Origin: Vulcanimicrobiota bacterium
GTDB taxonomy: Bacteria > Vulcanimicrobiota > Xenobia > Xenobiales > JADMJV01
DNA length: 64,000 bases
Direction: 5' to 3'
NCBI GenBank assembly: GCA_050250895.1
Contig: JBFWNU010000005.1
Coordinates: 1 to 64,000, forward strand
Shown: positions 46,079-54,476 of the stretch, one piece after another
How positions within the stretch are numbered: the first letter of the stretch is position 1
Layout of the letters: every line of letters starts with the position of its first letter
Position numbers and translations under genes: made by a program
Notes under the pieces: model-generated
Seen by the model: the letters and a program-made list of their open reading frames with translations, nothing else
Databases searched by the model: none
Told to the model about the DNA's origin: nothing

Positions 46079-47238
46079 CGCGACCGAGCAGAAATCTCCT
46101 CGGCCAACCTGGCCAGATAGTCGAGGATGAAGGCTTCCGACATTCCCACCCCGCCAAACATTGGTTGGGCCGCTTTGGCCAGGCTTTCGTCGAGAGCCTC
46201 GGCCTGGCGAGCCACGGTGTCCATGGTCTTGACCGCGTTGACCGGGTCGACGGCTTTGGGTGAGGCTGTCTCACCGCTGAGCATGGTGGCGCTGGCTCCC
46301 GAGCGCACGGCGAAATGCACGTTGGCTACGTCACTGCGGGCCGGGCTGGTGGAAAACTCCAGGTTCTCCATCATCTCGGTGGCGTCGATGACCGGCTTGC
46401 CGCGCAGTTTGCACAGGTTGATGGTCAGCTCTTCGAGCACGGCAATTTTGGTCATGTCGGTGTTACTGCCCCAGTCGCCGCGAGGCACCATCACCACGTC
46501 GGCCTCGTCGACAATTTCGGAAAGGTTGCGAAGCCCCGAGATGTCCTCGGGCTTGGCCACGATGATGGGATCGTAACCCAACCGACGAGCCTCTTCGCGC
46601 ACCAGGCGAAGGTGGCCGGCATCGCGCACGTTGGAAACCGCCAGCATGTCGGCCTTGACCTCGGCCGCCCAGGCCAGACGCTCCGCGTCATCCTGAGGAA
46701 AGAGCGGCAGGTCGAGAGCGGCGCCGGGCACACTGATGCCGGCCTTCTCGGTGAGGGTGCCCCCGCGGGTCACCTGGCAGACCAGCTGCCCGTCGTTTTT
46801 CTCCACCACTTCCATGGCGATCTTGCGGTCTTTGAGAAACACCGTCTGCCCCGGCTCGAGGTCGGTCAGAATGGCCTGCTGGCTGACTTCGACTCCGTCT
46901 CGACCGAGCACGAACTTCTGTCCCTCTTGCAGCTCGACCGAGCCGCCCGGCAGTTTGCCGATACGCACCCGCGGTCCCGGCAGGTCGGCCAGGATGGCCA
47001 CCTGCTTGCCGGTTTCCTGGCTGGCCCGCCGGAAGGTGTCGGCTGCCTGGAGGGTCCACTCGTGGCTGGCGTGGGAAAGGTTGAAGCGAGCCACATCCAA
47101 CCCCGCCTCGAGCTGGGCCGTCGCCTGGTCATAGCTATCCGAGTTGGGACCCTGGGTGGCCACAACGCGAGTGCGGGCCTCTCCCGGGGCGGGAGGGTCG
47201 AGGAAGAGGTGGCGGGCTCTCTGGGCGGGTGTGATCAC
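46075..47238 (-). CDS. Divergent pyruvate kinase-like protein lacking the C-terminal domain
   Basis: ATQGP, ARFNLSH, DLPGPRVR, AKPE, MVPRGD, ATEMMEN and MLSGETA; only 387 aa. Confidence 0.85.
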   Translation of the reverse strand: MITPAQRARHLFLDPPAPGEARTRVVATQGPNSDSYDQATAQLEAGLDVARFNLSHASHEWTLQAADTFRRASQETGKQVAILADLPGPRVRIGKLPGGSVELQEGQKFVLGRDGVEVSQQAILTDLEPGQTVFLKDRKIAMEVVEKNDGQLVCQVTRGGTLTEKAGISVPGAALDLPLFPQDDAERLAWAAEVKADMLAVSNVRDAGHLRLVREEARRLGYDPIIVAKPEDISGLRNLSEIVDEADVVMVPRGDWGSNTDMTKIAVLEELTINLCKLRGKPVIDATEMMENLEFSTSPARSDVANVHFAVRSGASATMLSGETASPKAVDPVNAVKTMDTVARQAEALDESLAKAAQPMFGGVGMSEAFILDYLARLAEEISARSR

Positions 47239-47244
47239 CTGACC

Positions 47245-47276
47245 AGGTTAGCCGGTCGGCCTGAAAAAAAGCTAAG
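47245..47276 (-). promoter_or_regulatory. CTTAG-N6-TTCAG-N10-TAACCT, 6 nt before GTG 47238
   Basis: Read directly on the minus strand. Confidence 0.75.
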
Positions 47277-47302
47277 AGGCCGCGAGGGGCGAACTCGTTG
47301 GT

Positions 47303-48154
47303 ATGAAAAGAGATTTCTCCGAAGCCCTCAAGCAAGCGCTGGCTGCGGCCGTGACCACAGCCAGGGGCGGCAGCGTCCACTCGGGTCACCTGCTGGCCGG
47401 GTTGCTCCAGTTTCCCCGCACCAAGGCCGCCCGTATCCTGACCTGCCTGGGCCTGACCCAGGCGCGCCTCGAGGAACTCGAGGTGAGCGAGGACGGCGCT
47501 CCGGGCGACTTCACCCGACCGGTCCGCCAGGCGATGGCCTCTTTGCCCAACTTTTACCAGGATCGCAAGCTGGCCATCTTCTTCAGCGGCCGCGACGAAG
47601 CGATCTTCCCCGAGCAGCTTGCCTATAGCCTCATTCGCGAGCCCAGTTGCCAGGCGCCCGGCCTGCTCGGCCTCGAGCTCGACCGCTACATGGCCCAGTG
47701 GGAGTGGTTGAGCACTTCGAGCCTCGGCACGATCGGTTCCCGGCGCCGTCGTGGCGGCGAACACTCTGTCGACCTCAAGACCGATGACCTTAACCTCAGG
47801 CTGGCCCTCGACGGTATCCACGAGGGTTTGCAATCGCTCGAAGGCGGTCTCGCCCTTGAGCCCGAGGTCGCCAACCAGTGCCACGAACTACTATCCAGGC
47901 TCCCCGAGGCCTGTGGGCCCATCCTCGACTACCGGCTCACCGCCACCGAGGTGCCACACCTGGAGCGCCTCGACAAGCAAGTTCGCCGCCTGGCCCGGCT
48001 GGCCGACGACCTGAGCCAGGTCGCCGCCAGCCAGGCTCCAGCCGAGATCCGCCAAGCTGCCGATCAGGCCCTGACCGACGCCATCACCCTGCACGACTTG
48101 CTCCTCACCAACCTCAAGCTCGGCTACAACCGCCTCGTGCGCGAATTGGAATGA
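47303..48154 (+). CDS. Clp N-terminal-domain protein without AAA+ module
   Basis: FSEALKQAL..A...V.SGHLLAGLL..AARIL..LGL; second degenerate repeat. Confidence 0.7.
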   Translation: MKRDFSEALKQALAAAVTTARGGSVHSGHLLAGLLQFPRTKAARILTCLGLTQARLEELEVSEDGAPGDFTRPVRQAMASLPNFYQDRKLAIFFSGRDEAIFPEQLAYSLIREPSCQAPGLLGLELDRYMAQWEWLSTSSLGTIGSRRRRGGEHSVDLKTDDLNLRLALDGIHEGLQSLEGGLALEPEVANQCHELLSRLPEACGPILDYRLTATEVPHLERLDKQVRRLARLADDLSQVAASQAPAEIRQAADQALTDAITLHDLLLTNLKLGYNRLVRELE

Positions 48155-48163
48155 GCGCGGTCG

Positions 48164-48195
48164 ATAAGCATACTTTCAGTCCCGCCGGTTAGGCT
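48164..48195 (+). promoter_or_regulatory. ATAAG-N6-TTCAG-N10-TAGGCT upstream of 48244
   Basis: Read directly. Confidence 0.6.
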
Positions 48196-48243
48196 GCAAT
48201 TCGTCCGGCCTGGCTTCTCGCAAATTGGAGAAGGCCTCAGAAA

Positions 48244-48804
48244 ATGGAAATCAGACTCAACGACACCGCTCGAGTACGCCTGGGTAAACTCGAGTTCGAA
48301 CACGTCAAGGACGGAGCCCTCGACGACGGGCTGACCCAGGTTGTCCAGGCTGCTCTGGGCGACAAGGCCATCCTGGGAGTAGAAGACCCCGCCTGGATTC
48401 AGGCTGAAGCCCGGCTGCGCGCCGGAGATTTCCAGGGTCTTGCTTCAGACGGCTGGCAGATCACGCAACAACGCAGCCCCTCATGGCTTGAAGACGGCCA
48501 ACGTCACCAAGAGATTCAACAGGTTTTGAGCCGCTCGGTGGGCAACCGGGAGCAGGTCCAACAGAAGTCGGTGATGACCGTGACCACCGGCACCTTTCAC
48601 TGGGACCGCAAGCACCGGGGAGACGCCCCCGAGGGGGCCGTTCCCGAGCCCTGCGAGTCTCCCAGCCACCGCTACCTCGAGACCTCGGCGGCCGCCGATC
48701 GGGCCAGGGTCGCAGTGGTCCTTTCGGGCCGCGCCGGAGCCTTCGCTCACGAGGCCGTGACCATCCACGGCGAAGAGGCCTTTATCAGTCCTCACCCCCA
48801 ATGA
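48244..48804 (+). CDS. Hypothetical protein
   Basis: 186-aa ORF with plausible composition; preceded by the motif. Confidence 0.65.
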   Translation: MEIRLNDTARVRLGKLEFEHVKDGALDDGLTQVVQAALGDKAILGVEDPAWIQAEARLRAGDFQGLASDGWQITQQRSPSWLEDGQRHQEIQQVLSRSVGNREQVQQKSVMTVTTGTFHWDRKHRGDAPEGAVPEPCESPSHRYLETSAAADRARVAVVLSGRAGAFAHEAVTIHGEEAFISPHPQ

Positions 48805-48866
48805 CCCGCCCGGCCGCTGCCAACTCCTTCGCGAGGGCATCGGCTGCAACTATCGAAATCTAGAAC

Positions 48867-50285
48867 GTGGATTTCGAACTGCCCGAGGTCGCCCACACGC
48901 GCACCCCAGAAGTCGAGGCGCTCTTGTTGGCCTGCGGACCTGACCCTGCCCCGACGCGCGTTTGGGTGAAGGTCCTCAAGTCCGAATTGGGAGCCAATCT
49001 ACTGGCCAGGCTCGGAGTCACGCTCTCGGCCGTCGAGGAGGGGCTCGTTCCCTCGGCGGAGTCGATGGACAAGGTCCTTGGACACGCCGCCAGTCTGGGG
49101 TTGATGAGGTCAAGCGATTGCAGCGAATCCTTCTTCCATGCCCTGTTGAACGATCCCCTCAGCAACTTCAGCCAGGCCGCGGCTGAGCAACGAGAGAAGC
49201 TCTTGTCTCTGGCAGAGCAGCGCATTCGTTCAGGCGAGTTGACCTGGCTCGAGTTTGGCGACCGGTTCACGCCCGAAACCGAAGGCGAGCAGATAGAACG
49301 GTGCCTGGTCAAAGCGAGCTGGATCCCTGAGAGAATTCGGGCCAGCTTGACCGAGCAGGCCAAGAGCTGGATCGGTCCGCCAATTGACGAACCTCTGGTC
49401 CTGGTTCCCAGCCTCGTGCAGTTAAAGCACCTTGCCTTTGCTCTAATCCGAAGTCCGGCCGTGCAGCATTTGATGAGCGGGGTGGGTGTGGTGCCCTCGC
49501 GCCTCGGCTACGCCTTCGAACGTCTGATGCCCGAGATGCCAGGAGAGTTGGCTCGACGCGAAGTGACGGTACCCCCGCGGATGTGGGTGGTCGTCCCGGC
49601 CTGCGAAGAAGCCCAGCGCCTGGGCCATGCCGAGGTCGTTCCCGACCATCTCTTGCTGGGCTTGCTGGCGGATGATGAGTGTGCGGCAAGCCTTGCCCTG
49701 GTCGAGGCCGGGTACGATCTGCGCCAGCTACGCCGCCAGGTTGAAGCCGGGCTACAGGCGGACCAGACTGGCGAGAGTCGCTTCAGCGAAGAGGCAAAGG
49801 AGGCTCTGGCCGCGGCCGCCTGGGCCACGCAGAGCTATCGGCCAGATTCTTTGTATTTGTTGGCGACGCTCTTGCCGATGTCGAGCCATCTCGACGAGTC
49901 GCTGGCGGACCTGCTGGGGCGAAGGGCCGCGGGCGACTTGGAGGACGGTCGCCTCGAGATGGGCGGGCTGTGGATCGGGATGCTCACCGAGGACGTCGTT
50001 TCGCGACTGGGTCCCCCAACCACGGTCGGCGAGGAGGAGGACCAACTTGGCTGGAGCGCCGACGGCGTCGTGGCGGTGATCTCTCAGGGAGCCGTGCGTC
50101 AACTGGCGGGTACGGAGATGATTCGAAATGGCCGGACGGTGCTTGGGTTTGGCGACTCGCGACGCAAGGCCGAATTGCTGCTGGGCCCCGACCTTTGCAA
50201 GCTAGTTCTCGGCGATGAGCCGGTCTGGGTGAAGGTCTCCTGCCTGGGAAACAAAGTCTGCATGATCTCCTTGGAGGCTGGTTAG
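48867..50285 (+). CDS. Clp N-terminal-repeat protein with C-terminal SmpA/BamE-like unit, no AAA+ module
   Basis: EEAQRLGHAEVVPDHLLLGLL; GMLTEDVVSRLGPP. Confidence 0.7.
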   Translation: MDFELPEVAHTRTPEVEALLLACGPDPAPTRVWVKVLKSELGANLLARLGVTLSAVEEGLVPSAESMDKVLGHAASLGLMRSSDCSESFFHALLNDPLSNFSQAAAEQREKLLSLAEQRIRSGELTWLEFGDRFTPETEGEQIERCLVKASWIPERIRASLTEQAKSWIGPPIDEPLVLVPSLVQLKHLAFALIRSPAVQHLMSGVGVVPSRLGYAFERLMPEMPGELARREVTVPPRMWVVVPACEEAQRLGHAEVVPDHLLLGLLADDECAASLALVEAGYDLRQLRRQVEAGLQADQTGESRFSEEAKEALAAAAWATQSYRPDSLYLLATLLPMSSHLDESLADLLGRRAAGDLEDGRLEMGGLWIGMLTEDVVSRLGPPTTVGEEEDQLGWSADGVVAVISQGAVRQLAGTEMIRNGRTVLGFGDSRRKAELLLGPDLCKLVLGDEPVWVKVSCLGNKVCMISLEAG

Positions 50286-50779
50286 TCCAGACTTCCAGCT
50301 GGAACCAGGCGCGCCGCGAAGTCCTCGGTCTCGGGGCTGGCATAGAACCGGAGTTCTCGACCGTCATTGGTTGTAATGACGGCAAATGACGGCGGCCCGA
50401 GCATCATGGTATGACTGCTATGGGCGTACCCTACCCGTGCAAGCAGAGTGTCCCACGCGTCCGCCTTCGCCTCCCGACGCCGGTCCGCGCAAAGGCTTTT
50501 CAACAAGCCCTCGAACTCGTCGATCGAGATTTCGAATTCGGCGGCGGGATTGGTTGACCAGTCGAGACCGGAGGGGCCGAACAGGCTGGCGCTTACCCGG
50601 GACTCCTGTGGAACCAGGGTCAAACGATAGCGCTCGCCGCCCAGCCGGACCGAGCAGACAAGTTCGTTGACCCTGGAGGCGTCAACCCAGAACGAGCGGG
50701 AGATGGCGAGCCCCGCCACGGTCAGCGTCAATCCCACCAGTAGAAAGACGACTACCCCTCGATTTAGGAAGCGCTCCAC
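50282..50779 (-). CDS. Membrane-anchored hypothetical protein (paralog of 53930-54427)
   Basis: TM helix; TCGACA-N17-TAAACT-N6-GTG promoter. Confidence 0.7.
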   Translation of the reverse strand: MERFLNRGVVVFLLVGLTLTVAGLAISRSFWVDASRVNELVCSVRLGGERYRLTLVPQESRVSASLFGPSGLDWSTNPAAEFEISIDEFEGLLKSLCADRRREAKADAWDTLLARVGYAHSSHTMMLGPPSFAVITTNDGRELRFYASPETEDFAARLVPAGSLD

Positions 50780-50788
50780 CGTTCCAGT

Positions 50789-51110
50789 TTACAGCGAAGG
50801 CGCTGAGGTGTCGACAGGTTCGCTCAAGAAGAAGGCCTCGCCAAACTCGGGATGCGGCTGGATCGTGAAGCCGAGCCCTTCCAGCACACGTCGGAGTTTG
50901 GGATTCGGTTTGGCGCAGTGGACCGCATACACCACCCACTCGATCCGCTCGAGTTCGCGCCGACGGGCGATTGCTCGCGCCAACCTGGCGACGGCCGGCA
51001 AGATTCCCTCGCCCCTCCCTCGATGTGAGCTAATTTCGGCCCCAGACCTCCCTTCTGGGCCGAATCACAAAGCCACCTGTCGTCTTCCAGCTGGAAGTCG
51101 TCCTGAAAAT
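50789..51110 (-). pseudogene. Probable frameshifted hypothetical gene
   Basis: ...KLAHIEG in one frame continues as GEGILPAVARLA..IEWVVYAVHCAKPNPKLRRVLE in another; junction GGA GG GGC suggests a 1-nt loss; 5' limit approximate. Confidence 0.45.
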
Positions 51111-51383
51111 GTTCTGATTCCCTAACATTTGCAATGAGAGGATTGTCCCCGAAGATTACTCCCAACTTCAATCGGGGCCACAACGTCCATGATGGGCGCT
51201 TTCAGCCCTCCCCGTACCGTCCATGGCTGGCGAAGTCGTTTTTCAGTCAGAGACCCTGCTCGCAGCCTCCTGTGACACGAGCCGGAAACCCAATAACCAA
51301 GCCGTTTCGTCGCGTTGATCCGGGCCGGATTCTTGAGTAAAATGGGATCATTCCTTGATTCTTCTTCTACTCGGAGGTCGGCT

Positions 51384-52571
51384 ATGTCATCATCTCTATC
51401 GGGACTCTCCCACTCACTACAACAGCTCTCACACCAGCAACTACATCAGCGAAACCGCCAGGCCAGCCAGCGTTCTTTTGGCTGCGAATGGGAACTGGCC
51501 GCCCACCTGCTGGCCACCGAACGTAGCGGTCTCTATCGCCACATGGGCAGCGGAAGTGTAGTCGGCTACGCGATCCGCCACCTCCATCTGCATCCCCAAA
51601 AGGCCGGCGAACTCCTCAGTTTGGCCAAAGTTTTCGAGCAACTGCCCCTGATCTCAGAGGCCTTTCGCGAGGGCAAACTCTGCTGGAGCAAAGCCCGCGC
51701 TCTCAAGCGGATCACCACTCCCGAAAACGAACGCGAGATGCTGGAATTCGCCCTCAAGAACAAGGCCCAGACGGTCGAGCGCGCCGTGGCTCTGACTCCC
51801 ACTGAACACAAGCGCGGCCAGGCTTTGAAAGCTTCGCTCGAAGCTCGCGAAACCCAGCCTGGGCTTGAGTTTGTCGAGCAACCCGCAGAGGCAGTCCAAA
51901 AGCCAGCTACGACCTCCGTTCCCGCGGTTCCAAAGCTGAGACAGGTTGTTCTGCTGCTGACCCCCGAGCAGTATGCCATCTACGAGCAGGCCAAGAGAAT
52001 GGTCGAGGCGCGCCAGGGCAAGCGCGTCAGCAAAGAGACGGCCGTGGCCGAGATGAGCAGGGCTCTGCTCGCCTCGGCAGACAACCGCAGCAAAGTGCGC
52101 CATCAGGTCATCGTCCACGTGAACGGTGTCACGGGCGAAGGGTTCTACGATACCGACCGGGGACTGCTGCCGGCCGAACCGGCGGCCGTTGACGAGGCGA
52201 TGAAGCAAACCGGCATCGTGGTGGCTTGTCCCCCACCCGAACTTCCAGCTGGAAGTACCCAGCCCGAGCAATTGCCGTTGCTGCCGAGTCGGTCGAAAGT
52301 GCGGCCGGGCCTTCCGGTGGGTTTGGTGCGAGCCGTGCATGCTCGGGCCTTAGGCCGCTGTGAGCGATGTTCGTGTGCTGGCGGCAACCTGGTGGTGCAC
52401 CACGTTCGCGCCTGGTCCGAGACCCGGTGCCATCGGCTAGAGGACTTAGAGCTGTTGTGTCCGAGTTGCCACGCCAACGAGCACGAGAAAGACTTTGCAA
52501 CCCGGCCGCAGTGGAAGGCCGCGCGGGAGGCCGCCGTGCAGCGTCGGCGCACCAGGTCTCGCTCGGGCTGA
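51384..52571 (+). CDS. HNH endonuclease with DUF222-like N-terminus (possible selfish element)
   Basis: GGAGG RBS; LP.I.EAF.EG.LCWSK.R; CERC..VHHV..W..H.LE.LELLCPSCH..EH. Confidence 0.85.
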   Translation: MSSSLSGLSHSLQQLSHQQLHQRNRQASQRSFGCEWELAAHLLATERSGLYRHMGSGSVVGYAIRHLHLHPQKAGELLSLAKVFEQLPLISEAFREGKLCWSKARALKRITTPENEREMLEFALKNKAQTVERAVALTPTEHKRGQALKASLEARETQPGLEFVEQPAEAVQKPATTSVPAVPKLRQVVLLLTPEQYAIYEQAKRMVEARQGKRVSKETAVAEMSRALLASADNRSKVRHQVIVHVNGVTGEGFYDTDRGLLPAEPAAVDEAMKQTGIVVACPPPELPAGSTQPEQLPLLPSRSKVRPGLPVGLVRAVHARALGRCERCSCAGGNLVVHHVRAWSETRCHRLEDLELLCPSCHANEHEKDFATRPQWKAAREAAVQRRRTRSRSG

Positions 52572-52573
52572 GG

Positions 52574-53473
52574 CTACCCGGTTTTCGGGCGGGGCCAAAG
52601 AGCCGGCGGCTTCTGGCGATTTTCGACCATGGCCTGGATTGCCTTCGGGGAGTGCCCCCGAGCGGCTAACACGCGGCGGGCGAAAGCTTCGAACTCGTCG
52701 CCCAGAACGTCTGCGACAAAGACCGGAAAGTGCCATTGTTCGCAGCGTTGTTGGGCCCGCGGCAGGTAGACCTCGCCGCAGACCTGGCAGGTCTGCTCGC
52801 GATCAAAGGGCACGGCCATGTCGGGCGTCGCCTTGCAGCGAGGGCAGTGGCCGAATGTCGTGAGATACCCCAGGTCGGAGTGGCCGTAGGGCGCCAACTC
52901 GACCTGGAGTGGCAAGCTGCTGCGCAGGGCCAGGCGGAAGTGGGCGAACTCTTCGCCGTCGAGGGTCTCGAAGAGCTGAGATAGTAGGCCACGCTGATCG
53001 TCGGTAAGGGGTGACTGGAGCCAGAGACCGTAATAGACAGGCTTCGTTTCAGGGAAAGCCGCGCGAAACGGCGCCTCCAGCCCAAGCTTGGCCACGCTCT
53101 CGAGCAGCCAATCCTCGGTCTCATCGGGATGGAGGTAAAAGGCACCGTGGCAACCCGCCGGCCGTTGACCGGCGAGATTGGCGTCGCAGCCGTGGCACAG
53201 ACTCGCGCCGTGCTCGAGCAGAGCCCCGTGCAAGGGGAAGCCGATATACGGAAAATCACGCCACACGCCAGTATCATCGGGAATGTCGCAGCCATCGACC
53301 AGACAGATGTTCTCGAAGACCTCGCCGTCTCCCAGGAGGCCCAAATCGAAGAGTTCCCGAGAGGTGGCCTCGGGCGAGTTGGAGTGGGTGCGGTAGGCGC
53401 AGGGTCGCTCGAGGCACCACCGCACCGCCTGGAGGGTGGCCGGCACGGGGGGGATTTCGCGCCGCCCGGTCAC
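52574..53473 (-). CDS. Cys-rich hypothetical protein
   Basis: GTG overlaps the upstream stop; CHGC, HCPRC and CQVC. Confidence 0.65.
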   Translation of the reverse strand: MTGRREIPPVPATLQAVRWCLERPCAYRTHSNSPEATSRELFDLGLLGDGEVFENICLVDGCDIPDDTGVWRDFPYIGFPLHGALLEHGASLCHGCDANLAGQRPAGCHGAFYLHPDETEDWLLESVAKLGLEAPFRAAFPETKPVYYGLWLQSPLTDDQRGLLSQLFETLDGEEFAHFRLALRSSLPLQVELAPYGHSDLGYLTTFGHCPRCKATPDMAVPFDREQTCQVCGEVYLPRAQQRCEQWHFPVFVADVLGDEFEAFARRVLAARGHSPKAIQAMVENRQKPPALWPRPKTG

Positions 53474-53919
53474 CTTGCCTGGAGGGTGTAGCTGTGGACC
53501 TGGCCGTTGTTGGGGTCGAAGTTCACCTGGAAGAGGCCGAAGTCGCGCCAACCAGCGGCCCAGCCACAGCCGGGACGGTCGATTCGCTGGGGCGGGCCAT
53601 AGAGGGCCGTGAGTTCGGCCTCGGTGGTGTCGCCGTCGAAGTGCCGCTCTCCGTGGCTGAGACGAAGTCCCGATATGCTCCGGACCCGCCCGTCCTCTCC
53701 GAACTGCAGTTCGCGGCGCTCGTCGTAGGCCCAGAGGCGGTGCTCGGCGTAGTCGGGCGGGCCCAGCAGGTCGCGCACCTGTGTCTCGCTATCGCCCAGG
53801 CGAACGCCGTCGACGGCGAGTTGCGGGGTGGGTCGATGGAGGAACACCACCAGGGCCACTCCGGCTAGCAGGGCAAGAAGCTCGATCGTTCTTTTCACGT
53901 CGAGCCTACGCACGCCCAT
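53470..53919 (-). CDS. Membrane-anchored protein with SmpA/BamE-like repeats (start possibly GTG ~53898)
   Basis: GVRLGDSETQVRDLLGPPD; GDTTEAELTALYGPP. Confidence 0.65.
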   Translation of the reverse strand: MGVRRLDVKRTIELLALLAGVALVVFLHRPTPQLAVDGVRLGDSETQVRDLLGPPDYAEHRLWAYDERRELQFGEDGRVRSISGLRLSHGERHFDGDTTEAELTALYGPPQRIDRPGCGWAAGWRDFGLFQVNFDPNNGQVHSYTLQAR

Positions 53920-53929
53920 AGGCGACGGT

Positions 53930-54427
53930 TCAGGGGGCCGGGGCTTGAGTGGCCCAGACAGAGGACGGCAAGAGCCCTACGACAAAGCGATTGGTCTCTG
54001 GAGTGGCTGAAAGGCTGACCAGAGAGCCGTTGGTCTTCTCCAACTCCACCCAGGCGTAGAACGTCGACTGAGGGTTGCCCTGGGACGGCCCCAGGTTGAT
54101 CCATCCCAGGCTATCGTCGAGTCTGTCATGGCGATATTCGGCGGCGACTCGCGCCATCAACTCCTCGAGTTGAGTCGGGGTGAGGGTGAATTCGGCGATA
54201 GGATTCTCGCTGTCGAAGTCACGCAACTTGCAGCGAGCGGACCCGCCGGTTGGAGTCACTTGCAGTCGCCACACGCCGGCGGGTAGCACAATTCCGCACT
54301 CGAGGGAACGGACCTGGGCCGGATGGAGACTGGCAGAGTACCACAGCCCCGCAAAGCCCGCCGCCGTCACCAGCAGGCCGAGCACCATCAGGGCAAGGGG
54401 GTCGGGCCGCGGCCGAGGAGAGTCCAT
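53930..54427 (-). CDS. Membrane-anchored hypothetical protein (paralog of 50282-50779)
   Basis: LxC.V.L...RL..TP, AEF and A(T/S)PET shared; TGcTATCAT-N6-ATG upstream. Confidence 0.7.
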   Translation of the reverse strand: MDSPRPRPDPLALMVLGLLVTAAGFAGLWYSASLHPAQVRSLECGIVLPAGVWRLQVTPTGGSARCKLRDFDSENPIAEFTLTPTQLEELMARVAAEYRHDRLDDSLGWINLGPSQGNPQSTFYAWVELEKTNGSLVSLSATPETNRFVVGLLPSSVWATQAPAP

Positions 54428-54476
54428 CTCTGGATGATAGCAACGGGGCCGGCTGGTTGTCGATAAGCCGAATCTG

